The translations under genes and the position numbers were made by a program. The notes beneath the pieces were generated by a model. That model was not told the origin of the DNA. It did not search any database and was given only the letters and a program-made list of their open reading frames with translations. A DNA stretch of 64,000 bases, taken from Takakia lepidozioides. Its lineage: Eukaryota; Plantae; Bryophyta. Below, one piece after another: positions 24,524-36,089 of the stretch. The stretch spans positions 55,304,001 to 55,368,000 of the forward strand of contig CM060731.1 in the NCBI GenBank assembly GCA_030704615.1. Reading direction: 5' to 3'. The first letter of the stretch is position 1, and every line of letters starts with the position of its first letter.

Positions 24524-25244
24524 TGTCGCGGCCCTTTGCCTTGAGGGCAGGGGTCGGGACACATGAGGGGCTGCCCCTGTGGTGGGGGCAGCGGCAGCGA
24601 TAGGTATGGGGGGCTGAAGCACCCTTGAGTGCCCAAGGCACTCAAGGAGGCGGAGGCGCTCACTAGGTGGAGCCCCGCACACCGGGTTGCGGTGGAGGTG
24701 GCTCCACAAGGGGTGGTGGTAGCTTAGTGGGACTTAGTGGGGGTGGCATAGGACTCACCATGGGGGGAGACCTCGAGGTGGGAGTCGTGGGGAGTCTTGG
24801 GACTCATCACGGTCCATTGGGGCCGCGGTGAGTGGGCCAAGACTCACCGCGACTCACCACCGGGAGTCGAGGGTTTTCGTGGTGGTTCGCCATAAAATGG
24901 CATGGCTGGTTATGAAACCCCCGCGGACAGCTACAGAAGTATATATAGGGAGTAGTAACCCCGAGAACGGTGCAAGCCCGTTGGTGACCAAAAACTAGTG
25001 AGTAAGCGAGCGAGCCGGAAAGCGACCAAAGAGTGGGGAGCTGTTCCGGACTGCCATCTACCAAAGGGAATTCTCCTAGTCCCAAATAGGTGGAGGGTTT
25101 AGAGGGAAGCGGAAGGGGACCGTTATGTCCCGGTGAGCAGCCGAAACTCCAAGTTGGCCCGGCGGCCAGGTTGGGAGTCAGGCGCGCGCATCAAAGCGAG
25201 TAACTATGACTTGAAGGGAGTTTACCGAAGTGAGGTGCGCGACA
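24524..25244 (+). repeat. 3' LTR of chromovirus
   Basis: Direct repeat of 18305-19028, preceded by purine-rich GGTAGGGG. Confidence 0.95.
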
Positions 25245-28200
25245 TCGGTGGTGGAGGCTGTGGAAGCGGAAATGGTTGTCTGGGGACGTCAGTGCGCTGC
25301 ACCATCCGAAATCCTGCGGCGGTAAGGGCGTCGGCCTCAACCTGACTCAGATCGCAGCCTGGTTCCACCGGCCACACCGGGGGAGCCTCTGGCATTGTTT
25401 GTATGCCGTACTTGGGCTTTCCATACACGCAAGTCATAATGTCGTGCCTGCAGAACCAGAACTGGGTGGTTGTCGCCTCCGCAAACTTTGCATGGACAAA
25501 TCTTCCTGTAAAAGTAGGAGCAGGGACAGCCCCATCTGGATTCCTCCTTATCATCTCTAAACAACGTTGCCGTGTATCCACACGAATTGCGGAACACCTT
25601 CCTCGAAACGACGGCTTTGTGCGAGCAATTCTCCACTGTGAGGCAGACACAGTCGTCTCCACAATGGCTTGGCCATACTGCATAACAGCGGGCGGAATGT
25701 GGGCAAGGAGCGGTGGGAATTTGTTGCACGAAATCCCCGGTTGAAGGCGACGGCGATCTGGAATTTCTTGGGCTTCCACTGCTGGAAGACACATTGTGCG
25801 GCAACATGACGGGACCTCGAGGTGCTGTCCGAATGTTCCTGTCGGATCTCCAGGAATCCTCTTCGCACCCGGGTTCCTCTTCAATCCTCCGCCTGACAGG
25901 GCGAGTCCGGACGTCCCCCTCTAGGTGTTCACCTCTGCGGTGCAGAGGCGTCCCTTTGATCTTCTCTCGCAATGCTGTCGCCCCATTTCACTGGATTCTT
26001 GGACCTCGAAGCTGTTCGTACCAACAATTCCTCCCTGTCCGGCCCAAAGCCCCATTGTTTGCCGCTCAGGAACTTGTAGTACGTGGCTTGCTGCATGATT
26101 GCTCTGTCGATGTCCTCCGTTGTGGCCGTCACTACGTCCAGATGTGCGGCAGAAGACGCTCGCCAGGAGGAGTGGACCGATTCTGCCATATTCGTTTCGG
26201 CATGTCCGTGTCGGAATCCAAGCACCGCTCCTAGAAGGACACAAACAATGGTGAGGGACCAATCGAAATGTCCGTAACAGAAAGACAAATGAACGAAATT
26301 GACAGCAGCCTACCTCCCGCATGTACTGTCCGAACTGTCGATACCGAAAATGCCACCACCCCAACCAGCTGTGCAATGCTCCCAGATTGGTTGTCTCCAC
26401 TGCACCTGACGTGTTCCACCAAGCCTCGATGATAGCAAACTTAACCTCCGCGTCATCAAATGTGGGTGCATCCTTCCACGCCGTACAAAGGACACGGTGT
26501 TCAGCCTGGAATGAGCTAGCAACAAATTTGGTAGTGTAGTGGGATAGACTCTGCATCCAATGGAATCCACAGGATCTCTCTTTCCCCTCCATTGGAACAT
26601 TGGGGTCCTCACCGTACACACGCCGCACCGCTGCCCCCAGTTGGCCTGAGCGTTGTCTGCCATGAATCCCCTGAAATTGGGCTCTGGCAATCCCGCCCTT
26701 GCCATCTGCTCGTTTATGCCCTCCCACAGATGCATCTCGGACTGTGTGTCCTCCCCTTTCATCTCGCAGATTGCAATCGTCATGAGCCTCTTGGAGTGAT
26801 AGTCATAAACATGCGCACCCATAGTCACCCACTGATGGTTTGTAATTCGCTTGATGTGATCAAACATCACCCAAGCATTCGACAAGTTTCCAGTTGTCAT
26901 GCGAGTGACCAAGTCGACTCCACTCCCAGGCCCACACGTCGACATTTTGAAAATGTAACAACGATCGGATTCGCTGCCTTGCCCTGGAAACCTGCTACCT
27001 TGGATGTAGTCATATCCAGTCATTCGTTTCACCTCCAGGATTGAGTACATGTCCGACCCCCTGCCGAACTCCTGCTTGCAAGATACGATGTGATTCCGCA
27101 CATTCGGACTACAAACGTGCGAGACGGACTCCAAGAGGTCACGCATCTCGTCTTCGGTCAAGGGCTCTCGGTCGGAACCATCTTCAGACATGATTTTGCC
27201 AAGAGCAATCTTGTGGGCTGCCTTCAGCTGAATCTGCTTTGGTCTGGCTCCGGGGCTCAATTTCACCTCCTCTTTTATGATGTCGTGTGCTTCCTGCACA
27301 GCCTCACGCATGTTGCCTCTCGCCAAGGGGTGGCAGTGGACCCCAACGTGTATGCAAGCTCTAGTCAAGTCCGGGAGCAAATGGATTACGTAATATTGCT
27401 TGGCTCTGCACATGGACATGCACGTCGGTGGTTCTTTGCAATGTGCACACTTGAAAGAACCCGCAGGAGCTTGGCTGGAGACAATGAATGGATGATGCGT
27501 TGTGCCAGTCCAATCCGTCTCGTTTCTCCGCCCTCCTTTGGAGAGAAAGTGGAAGCAGGTGGGATTGAGGCACCTCAGCTTCCCCGCACAGAGGACATAT
27601 CGTACACGAACACCATCAGCAATTTTCGTGCTACTGGTCTTCGTCACACACCAGGGGTGTCCGTCATGCTTTCGATCCATGTCTGTTAACATCCCGGAGG
27701 CTTTTTGACGAAGAAACAGGTGGAAACTCGAAGATGACATTGCCATCGACTTCGGGAGGCAGAAAAGTTACCTTTCTGACTGGGAATTTGGCATAGTCGA
27801 GAGCAGCCAGCTCGGAGCGAGAACCATCGAGGTGATGTTGTCGTAGGAGCTGCACAATGGACCGGGTTGGAGTTATGCTCGAGGGCACATGCGTAGCACC
27901 TACAGAGACGTCCATGCCGGATTTGAACGACCGTGTGGAGGACATGGGTACCTCAATGCAATCATCTTCCTCGTCGGAAATGTCGAATACGTCCACACGA
28001 GAAGCTATGGAGGGTCTTGACGGTCCAGGTCGGGAATGATTATCGTTGCATACCTCTCTGTTGGCAGTGGCCGCCTCTCGGTTTCCGGACTCCTTTGTGG
28101 ATGGTGTGGGCAGCGACTGATTCGGAAAGGGAATGGGCATTCCCACAGCTCGGTACAGGATGGTGTCTGACGGGGAACGTGCCATTCGATTCCGCAACCT

Positions 28201-28496
28201 CCGTCGTTACCTAGCACGACAATGGTCTCGTCAACCTGTCCAGGAACATCCTTCCTTTCTTCTTCCAAATAAACTGTGCCCGGTTTGAGCTTGAATTTGG
28301 AACAAAGGTAAGTTTCAGTCACTCTGCAAAGTCCTCCCTCGTTTGGGATCCAGGCTCTCCAAGTTGCGGAGGACAGCAAACTATAGCGTAGGAATTCGGA
28401 GCCATCGAACACCGCACGGAGTTGGCAAGTGCGAGGTTCAGTATAGCGACAGACCAAGGCTCACAGGCACCATCTAAGTGGATCTGCGGAGTCCAT
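25245..28496 (-). pseudogene. MULE transposase with N-terminal GCM-like zinc domain (frameshifted; SWIM end lost)
   Basis: DDE triad VMFD (~26860), FMAD (~26655), NMAES (~26180) and the Mutator CxxH signature CGFH. Intron 26231-26313. GCM-like CxGxxxC...CxxC...C...GxHxHP at ~27325-27680. Start approximate. Confidence 0.88.
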
Positions 28497-28834
28497 CGAC
28501 GATTGGAAGTCGCACATTGAAGTGGAAAGTATTGTTTTCAAGCTACATGCATGAAGGTGGGAGGTTTGATTCCATAGCCAGTGAGTAGGACAATGATGGC
28601 CGATTCGGCGACGAAATAACATCTCCTGACAGTTTCTCCTGAGGGTGGATCCAGCAGTATTCTCGGTGCAGACAGGAACGTTCGCACTGACAAGTGCCAG
28701 GACTGCTGGTTAAAACGGTCAGACAACCAAGTTGTGCTCATCAAGACTGGCCGCAATTGTGTTGTTTCGGAACAATGCAACCCATTGAGGTTCCAGATTT
28801 CCCGTCCCGAGTGATTCTTTCGATTGCTGGTGGA

Positions 28835-30460
28835 CGGAAATACGGCGCCGCATTTCCGTATTGCATCTTGGTCATGCACCAGAGCGACGGAAATGCGGCA
28901 CCGAGTTTCCGTCCGGGGGAAACCTTTATACTCTCCAGAACGGAAATGCGGTAACGCATTTCCATCCAGCAAGCACGGTATGTGAAGGTGGAACGGAAAT
29001 GCGGTACCGCATTTCCGTTCTGATTGAGATTTATGAACAACGGGAACAGAAATGCGGCACCGCATTTCCGTCCGAGTCGCACTTTTCGACATTCCAGAAC
29101 GGAAATGCGGCGCCGCATTTCCATTTTGTATCTGATGCATGGAGCTGAGGGATAGAAATGCTGCAGCACATTTCCGTCCTTAAAAGACATTATAAGAACG
29201 GAAATGCGGTACCGCATTTCCGTTCTGATTGAGAATTATGAACAACGGGAACAGAAATGCGGCACCGCATTTCCGTCCGAGTCGCACTTTTCGACATTCC
29301 ATAAAGGAAATGCGGCGCCGCATTTCCATTTTGTATCTGATGCTGGAGCCGAGTGATTCCGACAGCTTCATACAGCGCAATTCCGACCGTTGAGACATTC
29401 ACACTTGCGGCACCGCATTTCCGTTCTGACTGAAAATCGTGAACTATCTGAACTGAAATGCGGCACCGGAGTCGCACCTACGAACGGAAATGCGGCACCG
29501 CATTTCCGTTCTGACTGAAAATCGTGAACCATCGGAACTGAAATGCGGCACGTATTCCATCCGAGTCGCACCTACCATCATTCCAGAACGGAAATGCCCG
29601 CATTTCCGTTCTGACTGAAAATCGTGAACCATCGGAACTGATTTTCCATCCGAGTCGCACCTTTCCAGAACGGAATGTATTAGATTTAAAAGGGAAATGC
29701 GGCACCGCATTTCCGTTCTGATGAAATATCCTGAAACATCGGAATTGAAATGCGGTACCGCATTTCCGTCGGAGTCCCACCATCCGACATTCCAAAACGG
29801 AAATGCGGCACCGCATTTCCGTTTTGTATGTGAGGCATGGAGCTGTGGAACGAAAATGCGGGAAGGCATTTCCGCCAGCGTCAGACGTTAATACTCTACA
29901 GAACGGAAATGCGGTACCGCATTTCCATTCTGACTGAAAATCGTGCGCAACGGGACAGAAATGCGGCACCGCATTTCCGTTCGAGTCGCACCTTCCGACA
30001 TTCTCGAACGGAAATGCGGCGCCGCATTTCCGTTTTGTATATTCGGCCTGGAGCTGTGCTACGGAAATGTGTTGCCGCATTTCCATCCATGTGAGACCTT
30101 CAACCTTTCCAGACCGGAAATGCGACACCGCATTTCTGTCCAGGTGAGACCTCTATACTTTCCCGAACGGAAATGTGGCACGGCATTTCCATTCATCAAC
30201 TAACGTATGTGAAGTGGGAACGGAAATGCGGCGCCGCATTTCCCTTCTGAATCTCATACATGGAGCTGTGGGACGGAAATGCGGCACCGTATTTCCGTTC
30301 AACAACTAAGGTATGTGAAGGTGGAACGGAAATGCGGTGCCGCATTTTCTTCCAACAAGTACGGATGTGTAGCTTCGTGATGGTACTTAACGGAAATGCG
30401 GCGCCGCATTCGCATTCGCTCCAACTCATCAGACGCTGGGACGGAAATGCCTTGAAATGT
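28835..30460. repeat. 53-bp period array of GGAAATGCGGYRCCGCATTTCC palindromes between two divergent genes
   Basis: About 30 copies. ATG of the motif at 28893, 28946, 28999, 29052, 29105, 29158 ... 30014, 30067, 30120, 30173, 30226, 30279, 30332. Spacers ~33 bp and variable. Confidence 0.93.
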
Positions 30461-31042
30461 GAACACGTGGAGCAACGGAATTGCTGCACATGTCGGCACT
30501 CTATCTGACTGAAGGGGCATGAGGCGGCGCGGCCTGACCGTTGGATAATGATGTTTGTTTTTTCGGACGGCAGGGCGTACCCTCAACGATTCGAATTTCG
30601 TAATGACGCAAACTCCACGAGGAGACACTTTCGTCCAACCTTTCGAACCCAAGTGGTGCATCACCGCCGTTTCATCTACTTTTGTCGTGTCTCCTCAGTC
30701 ACCCCTCTCGCGCCCTTTCCATCTGCACTCTTTGCCCTTTTCCCTCTCTCTGTTCTTCTTATGCTCGAACCTGAGAGGGGGGAGTTCGTGCACCAGACAG
30801 GAGACCTCGTCGCAAGCTCCGGAAATTATACTTCGGACGTAGGCCAATGCCGAAGGGGAGGAAGCAGATGCGTCTACAGGAGGAGATTGCCATCTCCGAG
30901 CAGCAGGCCACTCAGGCAACCCAGCCACCAGTGAGAGCTCCATGCGATCGGGCTGCGCGCAGCTGATCGAGCACCGAACCCCCATTTTGCTTCTGTAATT
31001 CTTAGACTGAATGCTAGGAGACTTGAATGCAGAACATGTTTG

Positions 31043-34000
31043 CATGCCTAACAGGAAAGGTGGACGTGCTGGAGGGATCGCAGGAATCCGAAGAGAGCCG
31101 CAGGAAGAGTCCGAGGAGCTAGCTGCAGCACGTACACCCACCCGATCCCCGAGCGCGGGTATCCTGCCGGGCCTAGCCCTGCGATTCAAAGACGCGTCTT
31201 CGAAGGGCAAGTTCAAAGTCCAGAGATCGACTCGCGTTCTTCGATCATGGAGAATCGCCAGCAGGGGTCGGGCCCTTCTCCAGCAAAGTCGAAGAAGAAG
31301 CAGCCCGTCCCTCTACTGGCTTCTGAACCGGCTCAGGCCGATTCACCCCCCCAACGCGAATGAAGCAGCAGGGTAGAAGACAGATTCATTGCAGCAGACA
31401 CCTTCACCTGCAAGGATGAGGAAGCAGAAGGCAATCAGGGCGACGGGCGAACAATCTCCCGCAAAACCGCTTCCACGAGCTGAAGCTCAGTTCCTGGAGG
31501 ATTTCCCGCCTGCAGATGTTGGGGCCGACTCTGCTGCAGCGCGAAGGCAATGGGATCGACCGTTGATCTCGATTTGGTACCGGAGGAGGGTGCTGCCGCT
31601 GAACGTTCGCAGGCAGACCTCACCACCGATGAGCTAGCAGGCCCGGAGGAGGCCTCTGCAATGGCAGAATTGCCCGCACACAGGCCCCAGAGTGCAGCTC
31701 CAGTTGAGGATGCTCCAGCTGCTCAGCCACTACCGGCACCTACAGACATGTCTCCGGAGGATTTCAAAAGTGCAGCGGATAAAATGTTGGAGGAGACACA
31801 CAGTAGCATTGGCAGAGTTCTGGGCAGCAGGGTATTCCAGCGGACTCTTCGAATCCCACTCTGTCGCATGGTCTCCCTTCCCATCGTCAGGCAGGCCCTT
31901 CCGGAGATGTGGATAAGCTCAAGTTCGCATTTCGAGAAGGGTACCGTCTGGGATCGGCAGCGTTTTACGTTTCCATAGAGAATGAGGACGGCGAAACCGT
32001 GGACCCACTGCCGATGAATTGTCAACGTGGGATACCCACTGGCACACTCGCAACCACGAATTCGAGGCGACGCTGAAGGGTGATCCCGACTTCGGCCATA
32101 TGTCGGGAAAAATGTTCTTTGTGTGGGACGGGAATCACCGACTTCTCGCCTGGTGGGAGTACATCAAGCAGAACCATGCCAAGCACATTGGCTGGCATTA
32201 CATGGTGGAGTGTGTCATCCTCAAGGTGAAGGCGGCAGACTCCTCCCTGCTCAAGAATGCCATGGCGGACCTCAACTCGTAAGATACTCATACCCTCCCT
32301 AGCACGTTCGAAATGCGGTGCCGCATTTCGGTTTCCATTCTGGTTTGTTCCGTGCTTCCGTGTACTGAACTGGAGAGTGTGCCTTGCAGGGTCACTGAGA
32401 ATGCGTACGTGCATACCCACATGGCACATATGCTGTACAGGGTGAGGAAAACTGGTCTCACTGATCCGCAGATGTTTGCGGAAATGCTGGAGCCCGAGCT
32501 CATTCAGAAAGCCGTTGCAAAAACAGACCGGACATGGTATCGTCTCACTATGGATGGAATGGTGGAGGCGGTGATATACGAAGTAAGTCGTCCTCCAATT
32601 TCCCTCTGCTCATCCTTCCCCAATTTCAGTAATCTTCCACATGAATCGAATGTAACGCTTCTGCATGTTTTGTGGCAGTTCAAACATCAAGCTGGATTTG
32701 GCCCATGCCAAACGCTTCTTCATGGAAAGTGAGGGGCAGGTCAAAACGTTGCAGTCATTGACTGAGCACTGAAGAAGCGGTGTCAAGTCCAGAAACCAAA
32801 TACAAGTCAAAGCTTGTGAAGCTGGTGTGCAATTGCGATCCGCACACTTGGAAAGGACTCATCCCGAGATTGCAAACACTATTCTCGGGCCATGCAGCCG
32901 ACATTGCAATTGGAGAAACTGCATCACCTCTCAACGGCATGTGTGGAGGCGAAAGAGAAGGTGAGGTTTCAATGCACTGAAGTTCCTTCTAGCAATAGCC
33001 ACTCTCTTCCAGCTCCTGACATTGGATCGGAAATGGCAGACACGGTGGCTGTCGATCTGGATGCATCCGAGAGCATAAGGACAATGTGGTCTTTTCCACT
33101 CGAAGTTTCCGACCCTGCAGTGGATGTATGTGGCTCAACCGTATGACTTGGTGGGTCCAGGTAATTCAAGGTACTTCCCCAGATTTGCTTTTCTGAAATG
33201 AATTCCCTGAACTGCTACGTGACAATGCATTTGGGAATTGCGCAGGTAATGTCGAATGCGAAGGAGCAAGTCGTAATGCACACAAATTCGTTCGGCTTGT
33301 ACCCAATGGGATGGAACACAGACATTGGAAGACTACGTGACACGTTTCAGATGTGCGTACAAGGACAACCTTTTCGCCAGAGAGCTACAGACAGCAAAAA
33401 GGAGCGTGGAGTTTACACATCAGGAGGGAGCGGGGAAAGCTGCAATGCGAATTGTTTACAGGTGAAGCACAGCTGCCCTTGTATGCGAAGCCTGGTTACG
33501 AGGTTTGTCTCGGAAATGCGGCACCGCATTCGCATTTTTTATGTTTTCGGTGGCACTCTGCGAGTAGGTTGGTCTCAACTTTTGCTCACGCATGCTGACT
33601 GCCTTGCAGGTATATGAAATACGTGCTCCTTCAGACAGGGGCCCTGGCTCAAGAGCCCCCGTTCTTCATGGCTTGGACGTGGCGGGCCCAAGCTGTGTCT
33701 ACACACCCGAGATGCAAAAACAATGGCATCCCGCGCATCTCGTTGGATGCCCGTGGTACCTGGACATGTCTGGCGGTATTGTTGACGAGTCTGAGAAAAT
33801 CTGCACGCCTTGGCAGAAGAGAAGAGAAAGGAAAGACGTGTCCCTGCTGGGCCAAAGTCGGCAAAGGAATCTGCTGCTCTGGAAGAATCCAGAAAGGCAG
33901 CTGAGATGGCACAAAAGACGGTGGATGCAGCTGTGCAGGCCCAACCAGAAGGGGTCGAAGAAGAGGACTCGCCAGCAAGGAGCAGCTGTTGTGACACCGC

Positions 34001-35958
34001 CAAAACGAAGAAGCAGAAACAGCCTGTTCAGGAAGAGGGTGAGGAAGAGGACTCCGATGGAGACTTTGCAACCAGCCCACCCCCCCAAACGCAGGCTGCC
34101 TCCCCTGTGCCCACCGTTGTCACGAGAGGCACGAGAACTGGCTCGGCAAAGAAGGCACTCTTCACCCCCCAGGGGGGCACCCTTTCGAGCCGGTGGAAAT
34201 GAAGAGGTCGAAAGTGGCTCCCGAAACAGTAAGTCCAGTGTGTAAATGAGAGTTTCTTGGCGGCTTTGGATGGACGGGCAGCCAAGTTGGCATACATGAA
34301 GACCATGGAGGGTCTGAAGGGCAGAGCACTGAAGAAGGCGACTGCCGAAGAGCCTTCCGACACCCCAGGATTTCAGAATATGGTCTCGTTCTTTGAGAGG
34401 GTGTGTGCAGACAAGGATTGTAGGAGGGGCGGAAATGCCACCGAGTGGTCTTGCGATATGATCATCTTGGATATTCCGGACGGAGAGCCTGTGGAAGGAC
34501 TGCAAGCTTTGCCATCTTGGAACAGGTACTCGGAGGACTTTTGGAAGAAAGGATTCGGGCTTGCCCGCATGGTGTTGGACGACAGAGGCTGTGTGGGTTG
34601 TCCTGGCGAGCAGAGGAAAAAAACACTCAGACAGGAATTGCGAAGTGGACCCGCAAGAGCGCCGTCCCGATTCTGAAAAAGAAGTGGACGTGCATCAACA
34701 CACTGGGCTTCGGTCGGAAGGAAGAAGGTGATTACGACACTGGCACTCGTCCATTCATTTGCTTGGGTGTTTTCGAATGCGGTGCCGCATTCGGTTTCTA
34801 ATCGTTCCCCCCTGTGTATGCAGACGAAGCAGTTCGATGCATACTGCTTTGTGAAGGAGAACTCCACCTTTGCTTTCCGGAAGGAGGGAGGAAAGGTTGA
34901 CCCGAACTGCGACCCACTCGAATACGACGTTCTGTTCAACAACGTTCCCAAGGAACTTCTCCCTCATAGCCTCACTTCAACGGAACCCCTGCGGTACTCA
35001 CGGACTCGGAGCCCTGCTTCATTCAGACAATTATGGAGACATGCACAGACGTGGAGGGCACAGTGCTCGACCTCATCTGTGGGACAGGTATGCAGAATCT
35101 TGATCTATGCTGTTCTGCAAATTCCTCGTTAGGATGTAGTTCGCACATCTTGAAGCGCCATGTGGGTAATGTGTGGGATGGCATTGTAACAGGTGCCTCA
35201 ATGTGGGCTGGGCGGGGTTTTCCGACCGGCACCTCTTTGCTACGAGGAGGTCATCGTGGGGATCCCATCTGGAAAGGGCTGCAACGGAATGTTAAGGCTC
35301 CCGACAGAGCGGAAGTCTCCTCGGATTCGTCGGAGTCCGAGGAAGACACAGTGGACATTGATGCGGAGGAGAACCCGGAATACGAGTGAGTGCAAACATT
35401 GTAAGTTTGCAAAGCCTTCTGGGTCATTTTTGTCAAACGAATTTCCCGACTGTGGTTCTCATTAGTCTCGTTGATGATTGTCATGTGCAGGATTGCAGGG
35501 TCCGGGTCGAAACATGTAGGGCCTACACTTCCTGCCAGGGAAGAATGTCCCGTTCTTTGCGAGGGCCGACTTCATGACGAGCCCGGTGAGGGAATACTCC
35601 CTTCCTAGTTATGCAGCTAAACTCGCAAATACAGCGATTAGAAGAAGTGAGAATCCAGTAAAGTAGAGCAGATTTTGGAGAGGGCTAGGGGGACACAAGG
35701 ATAAGGAAAGAGTTGGCAGCAGCTCAGACAGGTAGACGGGGTACGAAAGTACATATGTGATTCAGCGGATGAGAGCGATGCAGACAGGGAGGAAGACGAC
35801 CCAACGGAGGTGAGATGGACAGTTCCGCAAGGGGAAGATGGGATTTTCGAAAGCCTGGCCAACGAGCAGTCCGCTGGAGATGAGAAAGGCATTGAGGGGG
35901 TGGAGGCGGAGCAGGACAGTCTAGAACAGGATGAGGATTCGGATGATTTCAAGATTAA
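31043..35958 (+). pseudogene. Multi-exon gene: ParB/Srx-like domain fused to a beta-class N6A/N4C DNA-methyltransferase-like domain (frameshifted in this assembly)
   Basis: FFVWDGNHRLLAW (32124); CDMIILDIPDG (motif IV position, 34455-34484); LARMVLDDRG; RTRSPxFIQTIMETCTDVEGTVLDLICGTG|ASMWAG...RHLFCYE (motifs X-I-II). GT-AG introns include 32279-32389, 32583-32678 and 35088-35192. Start approximate. Confidence 0.75.
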
Positions 35959-36089
35959 TAGAATTTTAATGAAGTCTCTGTAAATGTAAATTCCTTCCAG
36001 AGTCTATAAAGGAAATTCTGCCAGACATTCGTGACCCCTCTCCAGTGTGCATTCCAGCCACACAATCGCTCAAACCACGACGCTCCCAA

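Larger units (their letters stand above)
18305..25244 (+). mobile_element. Ty3/Gypsy chromovirus, full-length structure
   Basis: TG...CA LTR pair, tRNA-iMet PBS, gag, PR, RT, RH, INT and chromodomain. Flanks do not form a TSD. Confidence 0.95.

Noticed and set aside
23654-25244. 1.6-kb 3' LTR with a truncated 5' LTR
   Set aside because: The shared 720-bp repeat has its own TGTCGCG...CGCGACA inverted termini, so it is the complete LTR.
28835-30460. True CRISPR array
   Set aside because: No cas genes, eukaryotic context, spacers recur in related classes, repeats are degenerate, and the same motif occurs singly in introns.
28538-30489. Many overlapping ORFs with MRRRIS / KCGAAF / GNAAPHF peptides (also 16827-17891, 35955-36848, and NFGAEI at 3969-5500)
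   Set aside because: Translation artefacts of the palindromic repeats on both strands.
33699-34505. 268-aa minus-strand ORF and other antisense ORFs over pol and transposase
   Set aside because: Shadow frames opposite recognisable coding sequence in GC-rich DNA.
31043-35958. Bacterial contamination or a restriction-modification operon
   Set aside because: The gene has conserved GT-AG introns, lies among plant retroelements, and no endonuclease partner is recognisable.
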